From: Bigelowiella natans CCMP2755
Lineage: Eukaryota; Protista; Cercozoa
NCBI GenBank assembly: GCA_000320545.1
Contig: ADNK01000773.1
Location: 1-64,000, forward strand
Length of the DNA: 64,000 bases
Direction: 5' to 3'
Shown here: positions 12,575 to 25,710 of the stretch, in pieces
Layout: each line of letters starts with the position of its first letter
Position numbering within the stretch: position 1 is the first letter of the stretch
Notes under the pieces: model-generated
The model's input: the letters and a program-made list of their open reading frames with translations, nothing else
What the model was told of the DNA's origin: nothing
Databases searched by the model: none
Position numbers and translations under genes: made by a program

Positions 12575-13101
12575 GTTGTTGATGACGAACCACTTTACGA
12601 TATGAAAAGATCTCAAATACAAGCTTACAGGAAATCAAATTATGATACCGAAAAAACGGCTAATATAGTTTCCAGGGGGGGCCTCCCAAGTGTTACTTAT
12701 AGTCGGCAAGAAGATCGGCTTCTTCCCCTAAATGTGCATGATGAGCGATATTTGTAAATGATGATGATGATAATGATAAAATCATGTTGTTGATGCTGAT
12801 GATTATACTGGTGATGATAATGATGAAAGTGCTGAATTAACAAATGAGAAAGATAATTATCCTTAACATCCGGGGATGACCTCTTCCACGAAGAGAGCAT
12901 ACGTCGTGAGAATGGTGCCCACAATCATGCCTATCCCCACCCCAGTTAGAACCTAACGAGTTAATTCTGGGTCATTTCGTCCACCGGCGAGATCTAACCA
13001 CAAAACAGGAGGGTGGTCATTACCTTTGAAGGTATTTGAATCTTGGGAAGGGGTGTGGAGGCCCCATGATCCTCGTGATGGTGTCGTCGGGTAGCCGCCA
13101 T
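8014..13101 (-). CDS. Multi-exon membrane protein with two tandem Frag1/DRAM/Sfk1 (CWH43-N-like) domains
   Basis: MAATRRHHHED... Repeat 1: IFLPTISNTWEAPPGNYISRFF, VAIFCLSWVPPVCD...IHVFCAVTFF, FEWSNVG. Repeat 2: GHLPFISDLWVYVPGDWISRWG, SVVAFLGLSVVGCVDEK, VILEWTNTFC. GT-AG introns are full of microsatellites. Confidence 0.7.
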
Positions 13102-13442
13102 GAGATGGAGATGGTGCTCACCCAGGTCGGGAGTAGGGTTAAGTAGTTTCTGTGTCATTCCAGGCCATTTATGCCCCTACGACAATATTATCATCGTACC
13201 GATCAAGGGGCATTTATATGTTGGATGTTTCGGGGTAATTGATGACAGATGGAGAAAAGAAATGTCCGTGTAGATGTGATCGTTGGTTGTCTGTGTTCCC
13301 GCTATGTGGAAACGTAATAACCTCGTACTTGGATGTTTTAGCGACTAAAAACTACCGAATTCTTCTCATCACTCACACTCCGAGATTGGAGGAGGAGCGA
13401 GAGGGTTTCAATGGCGCTTCCGAAAGGAGCGTTAACGACGTC

Positions 13443-14577
13443 ATGACAGCTGTGCTCCTTGGCCTGTTCCTCATTCTGGTGTGGGTGGAACGTTGCAAGT
13501 AACAGATGAGCCCCCCCCCCCCGATTTTTTATCCAGTTTGTGGAATATCATCACCACCACCGCCGCCACCACACACCTTCCACCACACACATTCAGGTCG
13601 GAACATAGCTTAGACGGTGGCCGAGCTGTGGTATTAGAGAAGAGAGATCCTCATCTCTCATCACAGGAGAACTTCTTAGAGGTGTTATTATGATCAGGGT
13701 GACAACACGATTCCCCCTCATTCATTCATTCAGCCTGTCTGTCCGTACTGTTGGTGTTAGGAGCGGAACGCTAGGAGACTCGCGCTGCTCCTTGAAGATG
13801 ATAAATACAATGACCTCAATGCCAAGGTAGACCGGCTTGGTAGTAGTAGTAGCGATCATGATGACGATGTAAGGAGTGATAATTTGGGTCGTTTTTAGGT
13901 TCCAACTCCGAATTATGAAGCACACGCTGCTACTCTAAGGACCGAAGAATCGGTACTACTGTGTTTCTAACAGCAACAATATGACCACCACCACCACCAC
14001 CACCTCACATACATAGTTTCGTTCCCAACAGAATGAAGATGATGGCGATGACGATGAAGATCATGGAATCGAAAACAAGATATTGGATATACCGATGGCA
14101 CAGCAGCAGAGCCCTTACGCTGCTACTACTAAGCCAATAAAATTTGGACTTGACGGTGGTGTCGAGGAAATGAGAAAGCAGGATAAGGATGACGATGACG
14201 GCGACGATGATGATGATGCCGATGATGGCGATGATGACGACGACAAAAACGACGACGGCGATGATACGGACGACAAAGATGACGAAGACGACGATGACGA
14301 AGGGTGTGCGTCTCCAGCACACGGTTAGTTCAATAGTGGCGATGGATGGTGGCGAATTAGACCGAGAAATATGGACACAAGGAACCATTATCATTGCACA
14401 TGTTGGTTTGTTCGATTTCTCTCGTAGGTCAAGCCGCTAAAAAGGTGCAGGAGCACGGTAGGATTCCTAACGGAAAAGAAGAATGTGATAATCATGAGGA
14501 GGAGATGCACGAGGGTGGTGAAGATGGGCCGAACAATCGTGCTGCCTCTGCTGGTGGTGAGGAGTCTTCAGAAGAAG

Positions 14578-14624
<47 letters not shown>

Positions 14625-14645
14625 GTTATAATTGCATTATATACA

Positions 14646-14703
<58 letters not shown>

Positions 14704-15790
14704 ACCAACAGATATCATCATCTTCAAAAGGATTTCTTAGTCGCGGAAGTAGCGGCAGCAGGGCCAATGGTGATTAACTTGCTTGGCTAGCCTTCACGTT
14801 TATCTATATTCACGTTTATCGATATTCTCTCAATCCAATTAGAGCGTCTGAACCAATCTTCCTCAAAATCCCTACTCTGCCCGCCCCTCCCTCTTCCCTT
14901 CTCCTCCTCCTCCTCATTTATTCTTCTTATTCTTTGCAGTCAGTTATAACGTTTTTACTACCTGTGACGTCGGCAGATCGGAATGCTCTGGATCTTGGGT
15001 GGCTCAATGCAGACCAAGAAGAGGAGAATGAGAATCTAGCAATGTATAGCGACACCAATCGGGGCAAATTAGGTAATTGATTGCATTGTGTAGAGAGTGG
15101 GGAGGAGGAGAAGGAGGAGGAGGGGGAGGATGAGGAGGAGATCAGAGATTATTTTTAAGAAAAATCCTCGATTGTTATCATCATTATCATCAGACTATGA
15201 TGAATTTATGTCCGCCTTCCACAAGCTTCAGCAGGATTCTTCTTCTCAAGGTGGACTATCTAGTGTATTATCGTAGATGATGATGCTGCTGCTGCAGTGG
15301 TGTATCTGATATATGTTGTTGCTGCGCGAATCTCCTCTCTTTCCAGGAGCAGGAGGCAAAAACAACGATATGAAGCTGGGGGAGGACGAAGAAGATGAAG
15401 AGGAAGCACGGAGACGCCGGAATATTCTCTTGTTCGACGATTACACTGATGTAGGAAAAGGGGCGTCATTGGTATGTCCTACTTTAGTAGTGAAAGGGAA
15501 GTAAGATGCAAAGAAGAATGAGAAAAAAAAAGAAGAACGATGCAGCTCTGTCATTTTGTCGTGGCCACCCACCCGCCCACTCACCCACCGTCAATCCCTG
15601 GTTGTAAGTTGTCCCTTATCCAACATCAAGGTACACCAGCAGCAGAACCAGAAGCATGGTGCTGTCTCACTTCCAACAAGCCCACCACCACCACCAGCAG
15701 CAGCAGTAGGAAGATCACCCCCAGGTAGGTAGTAGGTAGGTAGGTAGGTAGGTAGGTAGGTAGAGTGTCTGGTTGGTGTTGGCTACTGAT

Positions 15791-15827
<37 letters not shown>

Positions 15828-17322
15828 CTAATAGAGGAGTTGTTCGCTAATCATGTAGCTGCTGCTACTTTGGTGTGATCGATTTCATCATTATGGCCAT
15901 TATCAGCCTTCGTTGTCTCTTCTCCTTTAATATATAATTTCTTCTTCTTCTTCTTCTTCTTCTTCTTCTTCTTCTTCTTCTTCGCCATCTTGATGGTGCT
16001 CTTCCCATTGCTGCTGTAATCTTTTCCAATAGGAGTTGTGAGAAGAGGAAGAAAGCCAGGTCCTACTCCTGCTCGTAGTCCCAGAATGAAGATGATGAAG
16101 TTTCCCACGTCATTTCCCCGTTGTTTTCCAAGCAACCCTCCGGAACAGAATCTACTTCAGAGCAACAAGAAGAAGGTGCGTGGATCTCGTCAGTGCTACT
16201 ATCACGTCGGTGTTAATTGCTGATTGATGTTGTCATGCCCCCCCCCCCTCTTCCTATTTATCCAGGAAGGCAATGATGGCGACGATGATGATCAGCTGAA
16301 CGAGGAGGAGAAGATGGTCCGAGATTATAATCGCATGGTGGCGGCAGCAAGTAATGACGGGACTGCTGCCGCTAACAGCGCAGTGGTGTGGGAAGACAGA
16401 GAAGCAGCTGCAGCAATCCTCAAGTCGATGGGGGGCAATGATGATGATGATGATAATAAGGATGATTATGCACCAATTGGTACTCATCACAACAAAAGAG
16501 AAGGAGGAAGCAGAAGAGGAAGGAGGCCGTTGGATGGTGATCGTTGGAGCAAAATGAAGGCTCGTGCGCAACAAGGACTGGTGGTGGGTTTATCATGCCT
16601 CCCTTGAATTATTATCAAGCGATGACGACGCCGCCACGTTTTATTTGACGATTATATATCATCACACCCACATCATCATCATGTTCCAATAATAGGGAGC
16701 AGTAGAGAAGGACAAGGATAACGGCAGATATGGGGAGATGACTTCAAGGGCGGCGAATCATCAGGAGGGAGAAAAAGCAGGCATTACTGGTCATTGTTAT
16801 CATATTGTAGTTAATGGTTGTTGTCAGGCGTTGTGATGATGATGATAATGGAGGGGGTTGGTGATATCGTTGTTGTTGTTGTTGTTGTTGATGTTGATGA
16901 TGATGATGATAATGAATACCGCTGTTGCAGTGGATCCTCTTGACCCGAGGATGTGGCTCGACAGCGTAAAACACGGGTTTGTAAACGGTAAGATTAACGA
17001 GATTATTCTGTCGGCGAACGAAGTACTTCTAGTTCAGGGGCAGGGGGAGGGGGGGTTGCACGAATACAAGAATGAAGAAAAACAAGAAGAAGAAGAAGAA
17101 GAAAAATGACTCTCGCGAGTGCACTGAATATTTACCTCATGGGGTTTATGCTCCATCTCTGCTATCTAGATACGTGCAAGAAGCATATATAATGATGTAA
17201 TTACGATGATAATTATGGTAAGGTTGGGGGGACAAAGGCCGAGAACATGAGGACATTAGGCAGCACCAGGGCCCTAGATTCGGAAAGGTAATATCTGGGG
17301 TAAAAAGAGCAGCTATGATTAT

Positions 17323-17365
<43 letters not shown>

Positions 17366-17671
17366 GTCATCATTAACATCTTTCTCAGGTTCATCTGCAA
17401 CCAAGGACCCTTGTTAGTTGGCTTCCTGAAGGTGGTACATTGCTCAAGGTACGTATGTATGTATGTATGTATGTATGTAACAACAACAACAACAGTGTTC
17501 CTCATCCCCATCACCCACCATCATCAGCGCACCGCCACGCCACCAGAGATTGTTTCCGAAGGATTTTGATGATGATGATGATGATGCTGTATGGCATCGT
17601 GAACCTGGCACGCATTGGTTTTTTTGCTAGCTTAATTATAAAGATCATTATTTTCACACATTGGCATCATT

Positions 17672-17705
<34 letters not shown>

Positions 17706-18371
17706 GGGGAAAAAGATTGAGGAATTTGCTGGAGGTCTCCGATATGGCAAAATCCTTAATCGGAAGCAATATGAGCAAACCGTAAGTTTATGCGTCTTTG
17801 ATATGTGACCCATTTGTTTTGCCTGAACGAAATGGACGATTTTGCTTTATATATAGTACGCGCTAACCCAGCGATAGAGATATTTTTCCATTTACTGCCT
17901 CAAAACATCGTAGTCGGCATGCTTGCTCTGTGTAAAACTATCGTATATATTCTTGAAACCTGAGCAATAGAAGTCGTAATAGTGGATCACCGATCTTCTT
18001 CTTCTTCTTCTTCTTCTTCTTCTTCTTCTACAAATAGATGAGAAAGCAAGCTGTTCTTCTGGATGTCCGTCCCGGGGAATACGACCTCCATGCTGCTTCT
18101 CAAGAGAGAGTAAGAATTGTAGATGCCATATGGAAAATACGATAAAATTCTTTCCTATCCATTCTGATAGTTCTATACCTTGATAGTGTTGATATGTGGA
18201 TCTGTCGTCATAACAATGACGATAATGATGATGATAATGATGGTGACAATGATGGATGTGTTAGTGGAAGCAAGCTGGCTCTGTGAAGAATCACGTCTTA
18301 GATCACCACGAACATTACTTGGCTGCATCAAAGCTGCCAAAGATTCCCCCACCAACATGTCCACCTCCTAG
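13443..18371 (+). CDS. Multi-exon hypothetical protein, N-terminal hydrophobic segment and long Asp/Glu-rich regions
   Basis: Spliceable exons MTAVLLGLFLILVWVERC, SEHSLDGGRAVVLEK, ERNARRLALLLEDDKYNDLNAK, poly-D exon 14031-14303, EGNDGDDDDQLNEEEK, VDPLDPRMWLDSVKHGF, GKKIEEFAGGLRYGKIL. Both ends are uncertain. Confidence 0.5.
14580..14703. repeat. Intronic (TA)n and compound (TA)n(TG)n microsatellites, representative of dozens of SSRs in introns
   Basis: Directly visible. Similar SSRs at 12541, 47856, 47977-48040, 50521 and 61763-61890, plus many (CAT)n, (TAG)n, (GAG)n and (AG)n runs. Confidence 0.95.
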
Positions 18372-19187
18372 ACCAAGGGAGAAGTTTGCCGAAATGAAGA
18401 ATGATTGGATGAGTTACGCAACAACATAGATGGAAAGAAAACGATTATTATTTGATTGAAAGAAAAGGGGCTCTTGCTGATGATGAATGCGCGTGAACAT
18501 ATAGGGACCATATAAACATCTCATCAATGTAAAAGACCCGCATTGCTGCGATATTATTAGGCTATCATGGCTATCATTTAGACCACACATGCTAGCATGC
18601 TTGCTCGAGCCAGACATGCACTAGCGTTTGCTATGCATTTTACGTACACTGAGCATGGCGCTACATTTGCATTTGCTACACGTACGTAATCCGGATGTAA
18701 TGAATCAAATTAAATTTGTTCAATGGTCATCCTCATATAGCTGTATAGCTAGCTAAAGTAAACTTAGATACACGGCGGCAATAAGCATGCGAACATGGCA
18801 CTTATCATACACTCATGTCTAAAACAGACGGTATAGCAGCTCACATAGCGCATGTGAGGGATTGAAACATAAATGTACGCAAGGTGCGCAATCGTCAGTA
18901 CATAGCAGGTGTCAAGAATATTGTCCCAAAAGAGACAACTCGCTCGTTATATTCTTCAGGCTTAGATCGTTGAAGTATGGCGGTACTATCGTTCATGATT
19001 CTGCGCCATTGGAAATTAACAGCTAATGGTGAAGAACGTGCTTAACGTGCCACAAATGTAATTACAACTACATGTAAATCTTGGCAATAAACAATGCTAA
19101 GCACATACTAGCAGCCTGCATGACACTGACAATGTGACGTGGAGGTATGTTTATGCCGTGCTGATGACTTGAATCTTTGAATAGAAT

Positions 19188-20110
19188 CTAGAGGTCTATT
19201 AGCTCGGGAAACTTCAGGTATAACTGAATGGAAACAAGATACACTCTCCTTTAGGGTGGTGACTACGATTGATTAAATGTCCAATTTCAATCTACCACTA
19301 AAATTATGTACTACCTCTTCTCTTGACATTGTGTCAGATGGATCCTCAGGAGTCCATAAAACCTAACAGAACCACGCGTCTCTCTTCATCAGATGGCTGC
19401 TCAAAAAGCAACGTTCTTCAATAGATGAATACTATCTAGCGGCACGCCATCGTAGAAAAGAAATAATTGGTTTCACCGCTAATACATCTTGCCACTCTAC
19501 AACTAATTTCTAAGCATTAACCACCTACCTCAGCTGCAAGCAAGTTCTCCTCTATACTAGCCCTCGCAGATGTCATGGCCAGGGCTGCTCGCATATCCTG
19601 TAAGTAGTAGGGAGAGAACATTATAGAAACGTACACAAAAATCATGATGGTGGTGATGATAATTCATGTAATGTTAATGAAGTGAGAAAGCATAGACGAC
19701 CGACCTCCAGTCCCCTGATTTGAGGTAGGTTTGGTGCATCCCGAAGAGCTACTAAAACCGTAACAACCTAAATATCGAGGAGGAGGAGGAGGAGGAGGAG
19801 GAGGAGGAGGAGGTCGCAATGAGCCATTATTAATGTAGAAGAACAGAGCAGCCGCAAAAAAGTCTACGTGGTCCGCTGTCATTCATTGAGGGAAGAGAAG
19901 GTAGGGGAGAGAGTTAGATGCTGCTGCTGCTGCGAAACCATGTGCGATGGCTGGTTGCGCCCCCCTCCCAGACCGCCTGACTTGCCCGTGTTCTCTTCCT
20001 CAAACTTGGCGCGCTCCTGTATTATCATGAAACAGCTAAAGTTACTTATCTTGTATGCCAGATGTTCTCTCTCTTTTTTTTTTTTTCCCCCCCCCCCCCC
20101 CCTCTCTGTA

Positions 20111-20148
<38 letters not shown>

Positions 20149-20980
20149 CTGCACCTGCAGCAAAGCTTGGTTGAATGCCGAGTCCACATCGTCACCGCCG
20201 CCCAGGGGGTTCTGTTTGGTGGGAACATTGTGAATTTGTCTACGCAGCAGCATACTAACCATGAAGCAGGCTGATTGCTGCTTTCACACCGTCGTTAAAA
20301 CAGCAAGGCATAGGCGACACGTTAACTTCCGTTCATTTACTGCTGCGACAAACAACCTGTTGCTATTACCTTCTGAAACGTTTGGCTACGACCAGCAACC
20401 CAGTCCTGAAAGAAGAAGAAGAAGAAGAATACATTAGGGTAGAATAATTTTAAATAATCACCATCAATTTTTGCAAAAACAACACCACTTTCTGCTCGTC
20501 GTCTTCTGTTTTCTATGCAGTGCTGCATTCTCTGGTGGCGTGGCTTATTGCTGATGCTCTTCGATCGATCGACCTACCTCCTCGCTGCGTAAAAGGGCCA
20601 AAGTAGATTCCTGCACAAGATTCTGCAAGAGAATAGTCCAGCAAAAAGCTCAGACAACAATGGTAACATAGGCAATTGCTGCTGCTGCTACTACTGCTGC
20701 TGTGCACGAATTTGAACTGTATCTACCAATCTTACACTGTAACCAACCCCCCCCCCCCCCCCTAAACACACACACAAACACAGACAGACACAACAATGCT
20801 ACGAGTACATTAAAGTACCCGGAGACCCTCCTCTGACCATGTGTTCGACCCTTCAGCGAGTCTAATGTATTTGTAATGGTTATGCTAGATTATCAATGAG
20901 GAGGATATATAAAGGAGACAACTTCATTTGGGCATTCTTTCCACATGTTAGATCATTATTTCATTCAGTAAAAGTAGTGT

Positions 20981-21014
<34 letters not shown>

Positions 21015-22304
21015 CAACAGGTAAATATGAATAAGGCCGGGTGGAGGTTAGAATGTATCAATATACGAGTTGAGCCGTCCATAAAGGCTGCCGGGACCCT
21101 TATCGTTGCAGTAAACAGCCACCTAAATAGTAAATTGTAATGCTGATATAATCGTCTGCATGATGCACGTACGGATCTTGTTCTTCATTTCAACCTGGAG
21201 AAGCATTACGGTTCCAGTCGCTGCTTCAAGGAAGGCAGCTTGACTTCGCAGCGTCCTGGAAGAAAGAACAACCAATCAGTCCGCAAATTCAGGGCTCGTC
21301 CGCCATATCTCTGTTATCGTTCGTATTTTTGTTTGGAATGGTATATCCGAGATCCGAAGTGAGACCGAGGATTTAGGTAGGTAGTAAAGAGCAGCTGCTG
21401 CTTGTAAAATAGAAATAATAATGATACCTCCACGCCACCAGTCCCAAGGCTCCGAGGGCGAGAATATTCAACGGGAGCGGAGTGACGAAGCCAATGCCTA
21501 TGATCATCCACAAGTGAGAACCAATCGAACCATTTGAGAAGGCGCTTGAGCGTTGCGCGAGATGATGACGGAGATTGCACACACCACTCGAGTAAACACC
21601 ACGCACCTCCGTATCCCCCAAAGAAGGGGTTGAAGAATGGTGAGAAGAACGGAGACGGATACGGATTAATATAAACATTTGGTCCCCCACCTAAATGGGG
21701 ATAGCAAATATTAGTTTTAAAGAATGATTTCCCACATACGTTCACACGCACACCGCACACCCCCCCAGGCACGTACGCACTGTCTGCACAACTAGTTTTT
21801 GGCATTTCTTGTACCAATGGAAGGATTCGAATATCGGGATACACTTCCTCCTCCTGATCTTCTGGAACGACCGCCTCCACCGCTACGAACAGACCCTCCC
21901 ACCCTGCCACCAGATCGAGCTGCAATAATTGCAGCCTCATTTACCTGCGAGTTGAAAAAGTGTAGTGAGCGAAAGCAAGTAGTAGCAAGAGGTAAAGAAA
22001 TTTTCACCTTAATCCTCCTTCCATCACTCTTTTTTGATGCCTGGCAGTAAACATCTGGTCTGGTCGACTTACCGGTCTGCTGCTTCTGGGAAAACCTTGC
22101 AAAGGACGAACGTGGCCCAATGCCCGATGTAGCGGCTTTAGTGTATAGGCGCGACGACGACATCAACCTCCGATTTGGAGTTGAAAAGCTCGATAAAATG
22201 CAACTTCGGTATGCACACAAGCATAGTACAAAGGCTGCGAGTACACAGATCATCTGCCCGAGACCTTGTGTTGATCTAGAGCACCCATGTCTCCGCCCGA
22301 ACAT
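19188..22304 (-). CDS. DUF1517 / FLAP1-like plastid membrane protein (multi-exon, bipartite leader)
   Basis: Signal plus transit leader, then AARSGGRVGG, Gly/Pro/Phe-rich segment and TM (GIGFVTPLPLNILALGALGLVAW). Further motifs: RLAEGSNTWSEEGLR, MLLRR, AFNQALLQ|ERAKFEEE, LLAAE|VLWTPEDPSDTMSRE|LYLKFPELIDL*. These match the DUF1517 motif series. Confidence 0.85.
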
Positions 22305-23061
22305 GGTGAGATCTCTTTTACTGGTCTAAATATGTGGGAGAATTCAAAAAGTTAAATAATTTACATATCATTCATAATGTATTTAGCAGGAGGGATCTGC
22401 AAACAGCTCCAATACATTAGAGGGGTGTGTGAGTGAAAGGTTGGGGGGGGATACCAGGAGAATCTCTTTTCGATTTCTGTGTTCTCAGGAAGGATGCACA
22501 AGATTGTTTGCTTCCGACAATAATACTGGCCTGACGCACGGTAGACATGGACTGCATTTTAATTGTAAGTCTCATGATGTTGCTGTGTGGCCAAATCTGC
22601 TGGAAAAACATAAGTGGTATACTCCTCGAATGGCTGTGAACCGCCGCTTACAAAGAGGACAAAGGGAAGGTAGCCCGTTTCATATCTACGGCATCGAAAT
22701 CAAGTCTTTTTCGATAGGCTTGCATTCCCGTTGTTAAAAACCTATACCCTGTAGCGCTTTTGTTCCAAGAAATACTTTTAGGATCCCTACGATCGTATAA
22801 AAAGTAAATTTTGAATTTCGGATTTTTCATTCTTTTTTTGGGGAGTTTTGCTAAAAGCACACCAGGAATAGGGTACCCTGGAAATCCGAAATCCTACCTA
22901 GGATTGTCGAGCTGCAAAAAAATCTGCAAGTCAAAACAACGCTGATTTGTCCATGTCACATGTAAAATTTTGATGACGCAGGGGAAAATGTCATAGTGTT
23001 TTCCGGTCGTTCGGGAACCAAAAAATTGAGTTCGGATACCTCACATCCGTACTTGAAGAGA

Positions 23062-24180
23062 ATGAATTCGGTTAGTGGCTATCCCGCCTCTCCTTTCTAC
23101 CTCTTCCGGGCCTTCCTTTTCCTGTTGACATTGAAAGAAACTTGTGCGTCGAGTGCTATTGTTAGAACTTTCCATACTCCGTCCTCTCTTTTCGTGGGCT
23201 TGAAGAGCAGGGAGGGACTCGTTATTACACAACGTCGACGGTATGGTGAACTCGAACTCCTCAAAGGATCAGCGCGCCTACCAAAGGGAAACCGGAGAGA
23301 AAATGCCAATCTCAAAAGTGCAAATACAATGTTAGAATCCATTCACTTTTTCAACTCTTTGATTTTGGATGAAAAGTTGTTCTAAAGTTAAGTAACACTC
23401 AGTGACGCAGCGGACTCGATTGTATCCAATAAGTTGATCACCCGAACAGCAAAGGCAGTATTTCAGCCCATAAAATCTGGAATTCTTCTTTCGATTCTTC
23501 TAACAATGCCCTGGATCACGAGGGCAGCTGAAGCTGCCTCGGACTGGAATGTAAGTTCTCAAGGCAAGCAACCAGGTTACATCTTTATGCCTCTGTGCTC
23601 TTAGGCTGTAGTAGGAAAAAGTATTCTGTTTCAGAATAAATCTATCACGCTCACAAACATTAATTAAAGACATTTTAATCGAAATTGATGATTCCTCCTC
23701 TTATTCATCAAATGCTGTTGCGATTTGGTAAAGCTTTGTTTGAGCCCTCCGCGTGGATAGCGGCGGTGCTACTTTTTGCCGGCGGTAGCTTGATGATTGA
23801 ATCCATCAAATCGGGCGGTTTACAGCAAGATGTCGAACGAATCCGGTCATTTTTTGTAGAGAAGCTTGGAGAAAAAAGTCAAGCCGCAGACACTGCTAGA
23901 TTGGAACAACGGCGGAGGGAGTGGATGGAAAAGTATCAAATCATAAAACAGCAGAATCATTTGAAAATTCGTGAAACCACCATGCTTTTTGTCTTCGAAA
24001 TTTTTCTTCATGCAAAAGTTGTGACGTTTTATGGTGATGATTGCAAGGATTGCAGAAGCTGACAAGCCAAAGAATGTGGGAAAGACCGTCAACGATGAGG
24101 AGGAAAAGATGAGCTTTGATCTCGAAGAGCTTTTTGACGACATTGACGAACTCTCGAAGAAAATTAACGAAAAGGTTTGA
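23062..24180 (+). CDS. Small multi-exon hypothetical membrane protein, possibly plastid-targeted
   Basis: MNSVSGYPASPFYLFRAFLFLLTL..., PIKSGILLSILLTMPWITRAAEA, ALFEPSAWIAAVLLFAGGSLMIES...RRREWMEK, last exon IAEADKPK...LFDDIDELSKKINEKV*. Confidence 0.55.
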
Positions 24181-24229
24181 ACCAGAACTTCCTGAACAGC
24201 GTAAACTTTGCAAAAAGATGCGTTCTGAG

Positions 24230-24614
24230 CTTGCACGCATGATCCATGCCCACATCTAGACATTGACATTGTGCGCCACGTATATGCACGGCTAGACGGG
24301 CACATCGTGTCCAGACATGATGGCGATGGCAGCGTGCTGGCATGCCACGCACTGCGTGTCACATGACAAACAGGGCCCTTCTGCTCCGCTGTCTGTCATG
24401 CACATGCAGCATTGCCACACACCGCATAGCATCACGGCGCAGGGGCATCGCATCGCAGCATCATGATGACTGTATGACAGATGATGCAACGCACGCTAGA
24501 ACGTGATGTGATGACAGTTGCTCTCGATCTGGTCGATGCATGAATCAAAGTGTCACAAGGCAAGAGTGTGCGTGCCGATGACATCTAGACGTGTCATGGG
24601 GACTCACAAGTCCC

Positions 24615-24657
<43 letters not shown>

Positions 24658-25710
24658 TGTGTGTGTGTGTACATGTGTGTGTGTGTGTGTGAGTGTGTCT
24701 GTGTGTGTGCATCGCGCTGCTTGTGCTGCAATGCTCGTTGTTCGTTGCAGTTTCGACACTTCAACCACGGGAACAAGGTGTGCACAACGCACTGCTCGAA
24801 AGTTGGACGTGCCTCAAGCGGCACAAGGGAAAGCCCAGACCAGCAGAGCCAGTGACGAGGAACGGACTGGAGTTGTTTGAGTGAACGAGTGAATTGATTC
24901 CGCTGGAGCGGTCGTCGCATGCAGTCACCTGAGTCTCTGTCTAGCTGTGCACCATTGCAGTCGAAACAAAAAAAAAGAAGTGTTTTCAACGGAGCGGTGA
25001 CCGTTGGACACGCTGATTGACAATTCACCTGCATGCAACTGGACGGAGACACGTGCGTGCGCAACGCAACGCACGCACACGTGCAACGCCTGTTGTCCAG
25101 TAGTTTGTGTCCCTGTCACTGAGTTGTGCAAAAATTGAGGGGTTTCCCACACCCGACTGCTGACTCAAAACTCGCAGTGAAACCAGAAACAAGAAACAAT
25201 GAAAGGAAAAAAGAAAGGAACTGTGGTGGTCGACAACACTTCCAAACCACGTTGATCGACGCAGTGACCACGAGCTAGACGAGTGATTCACTTCACGTGA
25301 CCATCCAGAAGAAAGGAAAAAAAGAGAAGAAAGAAACTTGACGAAGGGCCACACTTCCAAAAGAAAGAAATGATGGACACAGTGATCCTGCGTGGACTGT
25401 GCATGCACAGCATTGCGTGGTGTCCATCACAGAAAGAAGCTTTGACGGTGAAAGAAGTGATCATTGATCGGCAAAAATGTGCAAAGCGAAGACTCCTGGA
25501 ATTCCCGAGAATTCCACTGGAATTCATCGGATGCGACATCCCTGTTCTGCCAGACAATTGCCTTCTCGGCATGGAGAATCGGGTTGAATTCTGGTCAGGT
25601 TCGCGAAACCCATTGCAAGGTTTGTTGTGTCTGAATCATTGTCGAAGGATGAAACAACATTGCATTGGCTGAGGATGTTGGTGAAGCTCCGGAGCCAGAC
25701 TGCGTGCTGA
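24230..25710. other. Strongest TpA-depleted tract in the window
   Basis: 24680-25710 (~1030 bp) has only 3 TA: CTAG 24941, GTAG 25100, CTAG 25275. Confidence 0.92.

Noticed and set aside
22745-22875. Possible MITE with loose inverted ends (TACCCT...GCTTTT / AAAAGC...AGGGTA)
   Set aside because: The inverted match is short and gapped, with no clear TSD and no second copy in the window.
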